DNA of 32,000 bases, from positions 1,260,001-1,292,000 of the forward strand of contig CP091279.1 of assembly GCA_021650915.1 (NCBI GenBank). The letters run 5' to 3'. The notes under the pieces are model-generated. The model ran no database searches. It saw only the letters and a program-made list of their open reading frames with translations, and was not told the origin of the DNA. The position numbers were made by a program, and so were the translations under genes. Origin of the DNA: Candidatus Brocadia sp. Its GTDB lineage: Bacteria > Planctomycetota > Brocadiia > Brocadiales > Brocadiaceae. Positions 1 to 8,265 of the stretch are shown piece after piece; position 1 is the first letter of the stretch; each line of letters opens with the position of its first letter.

Positions 1-326
1 CCTTCTGTATGGCGCTCACCGCTTACGACACCAACATTGCCTGGTGCTTTTATGGGGAGACGTGCGCCGCATATCTCCTGGGTCATGGCCACATCGTCAG
101 ATATACTTACCGTTTCCTGTGGCTGCCCCTTGTGCTGGCAGGGGCAGTGGTTAAACTGGATATGGTATGGAGTATTGCGGATACCATGAACGGTCTGATG
201 GCAATACCCAACCTCATCGCACTGGTAGTGCTTGCGCCGGTTGTGGTGCGTCTGATCCGTGATTTCGAAGGAACATTTTCCCGTTCTCACGGTGTCGCTG
301 GTCTGCACAAAACCCCTCATTCGTGA
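1..326 (+). CDS. Alanine/glycine:cation symporter (AGCS family), C-terminal fragment; 5' end lies outside the window
   Basis: The reading frame of ORF 9..326 is open to the window edge. The C-terminal sequence NIAWCFYGETCAAYLLG...KLDMVWSIADTMNGLMAIPNLIALVVL matches the conserved C-terminus of AGCS transporters. Hydrophobic TM-like segments are present. Confidence 0.8.
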   Translation, partial: FCMALTAYDTNIAWCFYGETCAAYLLGHGHIVRYTYRFLWLPLVLAGAVVKLDMVWSIADTMNGLMAIPNLIALVVLAPVVVRLIRDFEGTFSRSHGVAGLHKTPHS

Positions 327-431
327 CCAGACTCTTCTCGGACAGAGCAGATTTAAGGAAAATATCGTATCAGCAATATCAGCCCCCCGGGCATCTTGCC
401 TGACGTGAACAACATCACAGAAAGAACCTGC

Positions 432-3128
432 TCAACGAAGAGCAAGAAACGACAGCATTCGTTTTGCCAGCCAGGACATCATTGTTACGGATATTTTGCG
501 GATAACCGATACGCTGATCGTGTCGCATATAATCTCACGGTATGGTTTTTTCCCTGACACGCTGTCGAATAACGCCTTTCTCAAGGCCGGTTCAGTATGT
601 GCAATCCGGATAACTGGCGTCAGAAAACCATAATAAGCGCCCCAGATTACCAGTCTCCTCACGGTATGCGCATAGGGAAGGTCCCTTATGACCTCGCGAA
701 AGCTCTTGAGATAGATCCGAAATGCCTGCCTGGAGATTCCCACGTCCACCATGACCTCCGCCGCTCTGATACCCATCAAACAGGCGGAATTAACCCCTTT
801 GCCTTTGAACGGGCGAATAAGCCCTGCCGCGTCTCCAATGGTAACATATCTGTCGCCAAAGAGATGTTTGGCAGGTTTTATGGGAAAACAACCACGATGA
901 TAGTCGAGATTCTTCTGCGATTCATTGAAATTTTTGGGAAGTATTTCCTGAACATCCGTCAGGCGTAAAAACTCGTCCATCGACCGGGAGGAAATCTTTG
1001 CGCCGGCAATGTTGATGGTATAATGATCTGCCTTGGGGGTTATTGCGCCAAACTCTATGCCTTTTATGGGCGGCAGAAAGGCGTGGATATATCCATCCGT
1101 CTCTTCCAAGCTGTGATGCTCCCCCTTCGGGTGAAATTTGGTAAGCAAGGTTAATAAATGTTTGGGCGACCGATAGGGTGTTTCACGCTCAAATATCCTG
1201 TGGGTGTCTTCTTCAAGGCCAAATGCCCCGACAACGGCATCGGCCCGCACGTGTTTTGTTTCACTGTATACCGTAACGATATCGTTTGCAATTTCAATAT
1301 CGGTGACCTTGCTGCTGATGACTGTGGCTCCGGCTTCTTTTGCCTTTTGTAAGAGATAGGCGTCAAACTGTACCCGCCGGAGCGCATAAGAAACCTCTCC
1401 TTTTCCATCGAGTTTCATGACATGGCCGCTGGTATGAAGATAATAGCCAGGAACTTCCCGTTTCACGAGGTGCCAGGGGAAAGGGGCGCCCAGGTTATCC
1501 GCAAGAATATGTTCGATGGGTTGTGAGAGCACGCCGGCGCATTCATTGTGGTCAATCCCCCCTTCAAAGTCCTTGTATTCATAAATAATAACATTCAGGT
1601 TCATATTGCGTTTCTTTGCAAGATTTTTCAGGGCGATTGCGCAACTGGCGCCGGCAGGGCCTCCGCCGATTATTGCAACGGTCTGACCCTCCTTCAGGGG
1701 ACCCAGATATCCTGCCGGGAGATGTTTTTGTCTTTTCATACGCCAGGAGAGTATAGGATGCCGGAAATAATCATATCCCTGCCTCACCGCCGCGCGCACT
1801 ATGTGCGGAAACATGGCAAGGTGCAAGCGCACGTCAATAGCCCTGGAAAATATCTCTTTATAGCTTGCATTGCCGGTAACCATATCCCAAAGGATATGGT
1901 TAATCTGGATCGATTCCCATGCATGCTGTTGATTCGTCAGGAGGTCAATTTGCACGTTTACCAGATGTTTCCTGGACGTGGTATGCTCATGGATGCGGAA
2001 CAGGAGATTGCCAAAAAAATTGTCCTGTGCCAGAAGTTTTAAGGCTGGCCGATAATACCCCTTTTTAAAATGATCCGCAGAAATGCCCCGTTCGAAGATC
2101 GTGCGGGCGGCTAATTGCGCCGTATCAAAGGCAGATTCAATGCCGTTTTTGTAGGTACGGGAAATACTCGCGTCGCCAATGATTACAAACCGGTTTGTGT
2201 AGGGATGGTCAGCATGGGTAACGGGTATTTTGGGAAAACAGATACAGAGGTCTCTGGGCAGCGACCACCCTTCAGGGAGAAGTTCGCGTACCCTGGGGTG
2301 TCTCATGAATTCAACCAGATGTGCCTTCGACATATCATCTTTTCCGATGAGAGAAATTGTGACATAGTCCCCCTTGGGTATAAAAGCGGCGAATTTAATC
2401 TGTTTTATTCCCAGGGCGAATGCGTAAATCGTATGATGAAAACGTTCCTGAATAAAAGAACTTCCCAAGTGGATTTCCGCATTGCACGTCCGCGCCGATT
2501 TCGGTTCCCGATAGCCGAATTCTTTCCCCACAATCCGCTTAATAAGAGCGGTGTTCAGCCCAAATGCGCCGACGATGAGATCGGCCGACATCTTCTTCCT
2601 GACATCCGCCTCTTTATAGACAATATTTACAAAATCCTGCGGATCTTTCGGCAGTTCGATCTCTTCCACGACCGCCCCAATAAGCTTTGCACCCTGAGCG
2701 GTAACCTGCTTCAGTAAAAAATCGTCAAAACTGATATTGGTCGTTTCCGATGAAAATCGGGGGCCATTCCCGCGGAAAACGGTAATTATCCTCGGTTTAT
2801 GTCCGGGTTTTGGATGGCGAAGCTGGATGCCGCGTTCCCGCGTTTGAAAGTAGTAGCCGTTAATTTCCTGCTGGACCCGCATTCTGGGAAGGATGATCTT
2901 CTGGCCTTCCATTTTATCAAGGAGGGTCTCAGACAGAACGCCCGCGCACATGTTGCAGCCAATGGGACCCTTTTGAATAAAGTTTCTGCCATCAAGAATG
3001 GTTATGTGAACGCGGAGCCCGTGTTGCTTTGCAAGTTCCAGGGCAAAATGGGTAAAGAAACTCCCCGCCGGACCGCCGCCAATAACTACAATACTCGAAC
3101 CATCTCTCAGTTGAAGATTCATTGTCAT
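432..3128 (-). CDS. Internally duplicated FAD/NAD(P)-binding oxidoreductase, geranylgeranyl-reductase-like (two tandem halves)
   Basis: There are two Rossmann dinucleotide motifs (VVIGGGPAGSFF and VAIIGGGPAGASCA). Each is followed by a Cys motif (GCNMCAGVLS / HNECAGVLS), VGAFGL, and a GD motif (VIIGDASIS / VTIGDAAGLIRPFKGKGV). I prefer the ATG at 3128 (MTMNLQL) because GGAAAGG lies 8-9 nt upstream. The ORF track start at 3224 is a GTG, and 3167 is another possible ATG. Confidence 0.7.
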   Translation of the reverse strand: MTMNLQLRDGSSIVVIGGGPAGSFFTHFALELAKQHGLRVHITILDGRNFIQKGPIGCNMCAGVLSETLLDKMEGQKIILPRMRVQQEINGYYFQTRERGIQLRHPKPGHKPRIITVFRGNGPRFSSETTNISFDDFLLKQVTAQGAKLIGAVVEEIELPKDPQDFVNIVYKEADVRKKMSADLIVGAFGLNTALIKRIVGKEFGYREPKSARTCNAEIHLGSSFIQERFHHTIYAFALGIKQIKFAAFIPKGDYVTISLIGKDDMSKAHLVEFMRHPRVRELLPEGWSLPRDLCICFPKIPVTHADHPYTNRFVIIGDASISRTYKNGIESAFDTAQLAARTIFERGISADHFKKGYYRPALKLLAQDNFFGNLLFRIHEHTTSRKHLVNVQIDLLTNQQHAWESIQINHILWDMVTGNASYKEIFSRAIDVRLHLAMFPHIVRAAVRQGYDYFRHPILSWRMKRQKHLPAGYLGPLKEGQTVAIIGGGPAGASCAIALKNLAKKRNMNLNVIIYEYKDFEGGIDHNECAGVLSQPIEHILADNLGAPFPWHLVKREVPGYYLHTSGHVMKLDGKGEVSYALRRVQFDAYLLQKAKEAGATVISSKVTDIEIANDIVTVYSETKHVRADAVVGAFGLEEDTHRIFERETPYRSPKHLLTLLTKFHPKGEHHSLEETDGYIHAFLPPIKGIEFGAITPKADHYTINIAGAKISSRSMDEFLRLTDVQEILPKNFNESQKNLDYHRGCFPIKPAKHLFGDRYVTIGDAAGLIRPFKGKGVNSACLMGIRAAEVMVDVGISRQAFRIYLKSFREVIRDLPYAHTVRRLVIWGAYYGFLTPVIRIAHTEPALRKALFDSVSGKKPYREIICDTISVSVIRKISVTMMSWLAKRMLSFLALR

Positions 3129-3245
3129 GGGTAACCTTTCCGGCAGTACAAGAACCCGCCGTTTCATGAGACCTTTGGCGACCTTCTCAATGTAGGGCGA
3201 CGAGGCTCGTCGCTCTACAACCACGCCTTTGATAGTTCTCTACGT

Positions 3246-3584
3246 TTAGATGGCGGTTTCTCCCCTCTCCCCGGTACGAACGCGAACAACATCATCGACA
3301 GAGGAAATGAAGATCTTCCCGTCCCCAATATTCCCTGTTTTGGCCTCTTTTACAATACATTGCACGATAGTGTCAACGTCCCTGTCCGCCACCACCATCT
3401 CCATCTGTATTTTCTTCAAGAGATCCGTTTTATACGTTCTTCCACGCCACTGCTCGGTAATGCCCTTTTGATGTCCATGTCCTTTGACCTCGGTTACCGT
3501 CATACCCGGATATCCGATATCCAATAAGGCGTCCTTCACCATGGTAAACCGATCCTCTCTTACAATTGCCACGATCTTCTTCAT
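3246..3584 (-). CDS. P-II family signal transduction protein (GlnB/GlnK-like), 112 aa
   Basis: Aligns end to end by eye with E. coli GlnB: MKKI.AI...TGMTVTEVKG.G.QKG.TE..RG..Y...KIGDGKIF...V..V.R.RTGE. The T-loop Tyr51 is retained (RGRTY). Confidence 0.9.
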   Translation of the reverse strand: MKKIVAIVREDRFTMVKDALLDIGYPGMTVTEVKGHGHQKGITEQWRGRTYKTDLLKKIQMEMVVADRDVDTIVQCIVKEAKTGNIGDGKIFISSVDDVVRVRTGERGETAI

Positions 3585-3601
3585 GCGCCGCTTCTCCCCT
3601 C

Positions 3602-4615
3602 CTACTCTATATCCCCATCTTCTAAACGATACGGGGCGTCGATCCCTGCACGAGATACCAATTTACCGCTATAGGTAATCGTATTTCCTATCTTTATACT
3701 TACTACCTCGTCAAACATCCTCCAGTCAAAGAGGATCTCCACTTCTGCCTTCTTACCGTCCTGACGGCTTACTCCAACACGGTTCCAGTCTACCCGCCCC
3801 ATCCCCTTATACACGACAACCCCCTGCCATCGCACATATTTACCTTTAAAATTTTTCCACAATTTCTTTTTTTCAGCGCGCGATAATGTACTGCGTTTCC
3901 CAAATTGTCTGTCCAGATCCTCAAAAGAAATATCCAGCGAATCTTTTGCCGGCGCTGCCGCGACAGTTTCCGGAGTGCTCACGGGGGTCATTGTTCCCTT
4001 ATTCATACCGTGGTGCAAAATAGGTTGCCCCCCTTTCGGATTATCAGAAAGCCTAGGAGACGCCGGGGAATTTTTCGTGGCAACAACCTTCAGTTGGCTG
4101 TCGTCATAAGAGATGGGATCTCCCCCGGCAAACAGACGACAAAAGGTATTCCCGTGCCTGCTGATTCTCTCCGGATCATAATAAAACTGGACTTCGTTGC
4201 CAATGTTCCGGTTCCGATAAGCAAGCCAATTGTACGCCCCGGTTATCAGCACCCGGTCGTCTAATACAATAAAATCCTCCACCGGGTCATTGCCGGTTGG
4301 CGTCCTGTGTACCCGGATATCAAATCCTCGCCTGATTAAGGTTTCTGTCAGCAAACCACTTTCCCTGCCAGGGAGTTGTTCCAAAATTACGATACGCACC
4401 CGAACACCCCGGTCTCTTGCAGCAACTAACTCCTGTTCGACGTCCGTAGCAGCAAAATCGTGAATACAGAGATTGATTCCTTGTTGTGCATATGCAATCC
4501 CCTCCCTCAAGCGTTCTTCGACACTACCTTGCGGAACATAAGAGACATAATCTCCTGCATGCAAAGAAGCGGAAACCCACAGGAGCATTACACACATACA
4601 TAATTTCTTCACCAT
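3602..4615 (-). CDS. Secreted PLD/Nuc-like fold protein lacking the HxK catalytic dyad, with a Pro/Ser-rich linker and an unknown C-terminal domain
   Basis: I place the start at ATG 4615 (MVKKLCMCVMLLWVSASLHAG, signal-peptide-like), which avoids overlap with nnrD. The N-terminal half aligns with Nuc endonuclease: YVPQGS...CIHDFAATDVEQELVAARDRGVRVRIVIL ... FIVLDDRVLITGAYNW. At the HxK position the sequence reads V-E-D (nt 4274-4282). Confidence 0.6.
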   Translation of the reverse strand: MVKKLCMCVMLLWVSASLHAGDYVSYVPQGSVEERLREGIAYAQQGINLCIHDFAATDVEQELVAARDRGVRVRIVILEQLPGRESGLLTETLIRRGFDIRVHRTPTGNDPVEDFIVLDDRVLITGAYNWLAYRNRNIGNEVQFYYDPERISRHGNTFCRLFAGGDPISYDDSQLKVVATKNSPASPRLSDNPKGGQPILHHGMNKGTMTPVSTPETVAAAPAKDSLDISFEDLDRQFGKRSTLSRAEKKKLWKNFKGKYVRWQGVVVYKGMGRVDWNRVGVSRQDGKKAEVEILFDWRMFDEVVSIKIGNTITYSGKLVSRAGIDAPYRLEDGDIE

Positions 4616-4739
4616 GCGATAGAGACGCAACCAGACCCTCTCCGTCGAAAGAGTAACAACCTCCAGAATCCCGCTTTCCTGATGGAGATTACAAGGAGGG
4701 TAAAAAACGCGCAAAAAAGAAAGATTCTTCATGGCAATA

Positions 4740-5618
4740 CTACAGACCCATTGTTTTCCGGTAAACCAAGAAGGCCTTTGGCAAGGCATCCAGGATGTCC
4801 GTAGCAATCAGCGACATTTCGCCCGTCTCCCGCACCGCAATATCTCCGGCCAAACCGTGTATATACACCCCCAGCTGAGCTGCTTCAAAGGGTGCGTATT
4901 TTTGCCCAATGAAGGCTGCAATCATCCCGGCCAGGACATCTCCCGCCCCGGCTGTAGCCATGCCGGGATTACCCGTCTTATTTACATAGAACCTCTCTTC
5001 ATTGACAACAAGGGTCTGATGCCCTTTCAGCACAAGGGTTGCCCTATCCATTCCCCTGAGAAATATCCGGCATGTTTCTAACCGTTTCGACTGAATCTCC
5101 TGAGTTGAGGATACTCCCATAAGGCGCGCCATTTCTCCCGGATGCGGCGTAAGGATAATCTGCTTTTTTACCTGATGTAATACACCGGGACTGTCGGCAA
5201 GCGCATTGATACCATCTGCATCCAGGACGATAGGGCAATCCAGGGATTGCAGCAGCCACAGGACCAGGCGTTTCGTTTCCAGGTATTGGGACAGGCCGGG
5301 GCCAATGGCAACGACATCAAACTGTTGCGAAAAGTCGAGGATATCCTGACGACCCAGCTCGGACAAGGTCTTCAGATGCGTTTCCGGGAGGGGATGCGTC
5401 ATAACGCAGGTCAGTTTGGATGCCACAATTCCCTGCAGACTCTCCGGGATACCCAGGGTTACCAGCCCTGCCCCGGCGCGCAGTGCGGCGCTGCTGCAAA
5501 GACAGGCAGCGCCCGTCATCCCACAGGAACCTGCCAGTACCAATACTCTTCCGTAGTCTCCTTTGTGGCTATCTGGTTTTCTCGGAAAAATATCTGGCAA
5601 TGCCTTTACTTCGACCAT
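4740..5618 (-). CDS. nnrD: ADP/ATP-dependent NAD(P)H-hydrate dehydratase (YjeF C-terminal family)
   Basis: KGDYGRVLVLAGSCGMTGAACLCSSAALRAGAGLVT, LDADGINAL, ILTPHPGEMARL and GNPGMATAGAGDVLAGMIAAF are typical carbohydrate-kinase-like Nnr motifs. The start codon is ATG. Confidence 0.85.
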   Translation of the reverse strand: MVEVKALPDIFPRKPDSHKGDYGRVLVLAGSCGMTGAACLCSSAALRAGAGLVTLGIPESLQGIVASKLTCVMTHPLPETHLKTLSELGRQDILDFSQQFDVVAIGPGLSQYLETKRLVLWLLQSLDCPIVLDADGINALADSPGVLHQVKKQIILTPHPGEMARLMGVSSTQEIQSKRLETCRIFLRGMDRATLVLKGHQTLVVNEERFYVNKTGNPGMATAGAGDVLAGMIAAFIGQKYAPFEAAQLGVYIHGLAGDIAVRETGEMSLIATDILDALPKAFLVYRKTMGL

Positions 5619-5730
5619 ACGCTCACCGTAATTTTTACCACAGAAATCAATGGAAGCACTGAGTAATAAGGAAATTCAGCTGTCTGCACATCCCGGATAT
5701 CTTTCTCCGGGTACGCTGTGGTACAGCATC

Positions 5731-6483
5731 TTATTTTTTTGTCCGGTTGATCAGCGAGGCGGCATAAGCAGCCCCAAAGCCATTGTCAATATTCACAACG
5801 GAAACACCGGAGGCACAACTATTCAGCATAGATAAAAGCGGGGTAATCCCGGAAAAGCTGGCGCCATAGCCGATACTCGTTGGCACACCGATGACAGGGC
5901 AATCCACCAGACCGCCTACCACACTTGCCAATGCGCCTTCCATACCCGCCACAACAATGATTACATTGGCCTTAAGCAATTCGCTATGATTTTTCATGAG
6001 CCGGTGGATGCCCGCAACCCCAACGTCATACAACACCCGAACAGTATTGCCCATGATCTCAGCCGTTACCCTTGCCTCCTCGGCAACGGGGATATCAGAG
6101 GTGCCGGCCGTTATAATCAGGATAAGCCCTTTGTGGGGTTTTCTGCGGGTCTTTCGTATCGTAATCGTTCTTGCCTGTTCGTGATAAACGGCCTCCGGAA
6201 ACTCACGGGAAACAGCCTCGTACATTTCCCTGGTTGCGCGGGTCGCAAGCATGTCATTCTCACCGGCAACGATATGCCCTGCAATCTTTACCACCTGTTC
6301 AGGCGTCTTCCCCAGGCAAAAAATAACCTCAGGAAAACCGCAGCGAATCTTGCGGTGACTGTCCACCTTGGCGAAGCCAATGTCCTTGTAAGGCAATTCC
6401 CGGATCTTTTCCAGGACGTCATGCATTGGCACCTTCCCGATCTTATAATTTTCCAATAATTGTTCTATGACATCAATATCCAT
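5731..6483 (-). CDS. larB: LarB-like (PurE/AIR-carboxylase-like) nickel-pincer cofactor biosynthesis protein
   Basis: IITAGTSDIPVAEEARVTAEIMG...VIIVVAGMEGALASVVGGLVDCPVIGVPTSIGYGASFSGITPLLSMLNSCASGVSVVNIDNGFGAA is the LarB/PurE-like signature. The ORF track start at 6504 is TTG. The first ATG is at 6483 (MDIDVIEQLL). Confidence 0.8.
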   Translation of the reverse strand: MDIDVIEQLLENYKIGKVPMHDVLEKIRELPYKDIGFAKVDSHRKIRCGFPEVIFCLGKTPEQVVKIAGHIVAGENDMLATRATREMYEAVSREFPEAVYHEQARTITIRKTRRKPHKGLILIITAGTSDIPVAEEARVTAEIMGNTVRVLYDVGVAGIHRLMKNHSELLKANVIIVVAGMEGALASVVGGLVDCPVIGVPTSIGYGASFSGITPLLSMLNSCASGVSVVNIDNGFGAAYAASLINRTKK

Positions 6484-6700
6484 CGCTATTTTCTTAACCC
6501 TCAACTAAGGTACGGGACAAGCGCCTTTACCAAGATAATTTAATAAGGCTGCCTTTGGCAGCGGTTTTTAAGCTTCACTCTATAAAGAGGAGAGGGGGGG
6601 TATTACGATCACCTTCACATTTTTTATCCTCCCTTTAAGAATTTTCGTAACAATTTAGTTTTACAAAAAACCCCAATAAGGACGATGTTTACCATACCGT

Positions 6701-6729
6701 GTAGGGGCAGGTTTAAAACCTACCCCTAC
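6701..6729. repeat. Near-perfect palindrome GTAGGGG-c-AGGTTT-a-AAACCT-a-CCCCTAC
   Basis: Read directly from the sequence: 7 + 6 bp of self-complementary arms. It shares the GTTTAAAACC core with the elements at 7047 and 26415, and the GTAGGGGC end with the palindrome inside the E2 gene. Confidence 0.8.
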
Positions 6730-6788
6730 AAGACAATATTATTCATAGCGCAGCACAGCCGCAACCAAATTTCCTTTATGAAAGTGGG

Positions 6789-6881
6789 GAGATTGCTTCG
6801 GAAAAGGCCCTCGCAATGACAGTGACTATGCACTTTGATGGCACACTGCACGTTGTCATTGCGAGTGAAGCGAAGCAATCT
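6789..6881. repeat. ~93-nt imperfect long hairpin (GAGATTGCTTCG...CTCGCAATGAC / GTCATTGCGAG...CGAAGCAATCT)
   Basis: The outer arms 6789-6800 and 6871-6881 are complementary at 11 positions. The inner arms 6810-6820 and 6855-6865 are complementary at 11/11. The apical region is 34 nt. Confidence 0.75.
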
Positions 6882-7046
6882 TTCACTCATAAAAAACGGT
6901 ACCTCCTGAAAGAGGCTTATGAAAAAACTTACAAAAAAAAGAAGTTTTTATACAGTAATACTATAGAGAGAATTTTTCAAAAAGCTAAATTGTTAAGAAT
7001 TTCCAAAGATGATTTTAACACTTTTAGCAAAAATAGAAACAAAAAT

Positions 7047-7079
7047 AACCCCGTCAGGGTTTAAAACCCTAACAGGGTT
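7047..7079. repeat. Dispersed 33-nt twin-hairpin element, copy 1 (AACCCC gtc AGGGTT taaa AACCCT aac AGGGTT)
   Basis: Two adjacent short inverted repeats. A second copy with the same architecture lies at 26415-26447, with ~27/33 identity by eye. Confidence 0.8.
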
Positions 7080-7089
7080 ATAATTCAGG

Positions 7090-7109
7090 GGCAGGAGAAA
7101 ACTCCTGCC
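7090..7109. other. Strong stem-loop GGCAGGAG-aaaa-CTCCTGCC
   Basis: A perfect 8-bp GC-rich stem with a 4-nt loop, in an intergenic position. No U-tract follows on either strand, so a terminator role is uncertain. Confidence 0.5.
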
Positions 7110-7280
7110 ACCACGAGGAAGGCAGTCACAACCGTCCTGCCATTTCACAAAAAAAGATTCAAAGAATTAAATCATCGATAATTGTCCTCAACGAACTGCA
7201 CGCATAGAAGAGTCGAAGCTGAAGTATTCGCTGAAACAATCATCGTAGACGAAATGGGCAGATGTTCAAATTGTGCCATC

Positions 7281-8132
7281 TCAGCCCCCTCTATTCTTGA
7301 ATTGCATCTTCGCATGATAGGAACTCCGCACCAGCGGCCCTGATGCTACATGATGAAATCCCATTCGCTCCCCCTCCAACCTGAGCCTTTCGAATTCGTC
7401 CGGTGTATAATAGCGATGGATCGGCAGGGCGTTGCCTCTCGGGCTCAAATATTGTCCGATCGTAAGCGTATCACAATGCGCATTCCTTATGTCCCTCATA
7501 ACACCAAGTATTTCATCCCAAGTCTCACCCAATCCTACCATAAAACCTGATTTTATTCCTAATGAGGGATCTTTCTGGTGTATCTGTTCCAATATCCTGA
7601 GGGACCGCCGGTAATTGGCCGTCGGCCTTACCTGCAAATAAAGGCGGGATACTGTTTCCACGTTGTGATTTATTACGTCCGGACGGGCATAAATTACCGA
7701 TTCCAATGCGGCTGATGATCCGGCAAAATCCGGTATTAAAACTTCGACTTTACAATCTTTGATATGTTTCCGAATAAGGGTGATTACCTCGGCGTAAACT
7801 GATGCGCCACCATCAGACAGGTCGTCCCTTGTCACGGAGGTTATTACGACATAGGTAAGTTTCATCTTTAAAATGGCTGCCGCGATTCGCTGTGGTTCAC
7901 CTGCATCGGCTACGGATGGCTGTCCCTTCCTGACCGCACAAAACCCGCATTGTCTGCTGCAGATATCCCCCAGTATTAAAAAGGTCGCCGTCCGCTGTTC
8001 AAAACACTCGCCAATGTTTGGACATAGCGCCTCTTCACATACGGTATGAAGTTGTTCTTCCCGTAGAATGCTTTTTATCTCAGTGAAATTTTTCCCTGAC
8101 GGTAGCTTTACTTTCAGCCAAGGGGGACGCAT
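7281..8132 (-). CDS. lipA: Lipoyl synthase (radical SAM)
   Basis: RPPWLKVKLP, LHTVCEEALCPNIGECF and the radical-SAM CSRQCGFCAV motif. The start codon is ATG. Confidence 0.95.
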   Translation of the reverse strand: MRPPWLKVKLPSGKNFTEIKSILREEQLHTVCEEALCPNIGECFEQRTATFLILGDICSRQCGFCAVRKGQPSVADAGEPQRIAAAILKMKLTYVVITSVTRDDLSDGGASVYAEVITLIRKHIKDCKVEVLIPDFAGSSAALESVIYARPDVINHNVETVSRLYLQVRPTANYRRSLRILEQIHQKDPSLGIKSGFMVGLGETWDEILGVMRDIRNAHCDTLTIGQYLSPRGNALPIHRYYTPDEFERLRLEGERMGFHHVASGPLVRSSYHAKMQFKNRGG

Positions 8133-8265
8133 GGCACATTTCGTGGCAATCGTATATTCTTATTTTTTAGAGGTAGTTTACATCAAAGATTGACAGACGG
8201 GAGATTAAGAAGAAATGAATTGTGCGAGAAAACAGGGCATGGCGAAACCTTGCCGGGTTATCCTT

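Noticed and set aside
597-2717. Plus-strand ORFs 597-968, 1548-2042 and 2115-2717 (123-200 aa) inside the FAD oxidoreductase gene
   Set aside because: They lie antisense to a long, motif-rich minus-strand gene. They have no recognisable motifs and odd composition, which is typical of shadow ORFs.
3246-3584. First impression that the PII T-loop had lost the modifiable tyrosine (Trp seen in TEQWRG)
   Set aside because: Careful alignment with E. coli GlnB shows that the Trp corresponds to Tyr46. Tyr51 is present (RGRTY), so the T-loop is not unusual in that respect.
4616-4807. N-terminal 64-codon extension of the PLD-like ORF (track start 4807)
   Set aside because: The extension would overlap the nnrD 3' end by 68 nt and encodes no signal or domain. 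The internal ATG at 4615 gives a clean signal-peptide-like N-terminus.
6816-7064. 82-aa plus-strand ORF in the larB-lipA spacer
   Set aside because: It runs through the palindromic repeats (VIASEAKQS derives from the hairpin arm) and an A-rich tract, giving Lys/Asn-rich low complexity. It has no start context, so it is most likely not a gene.
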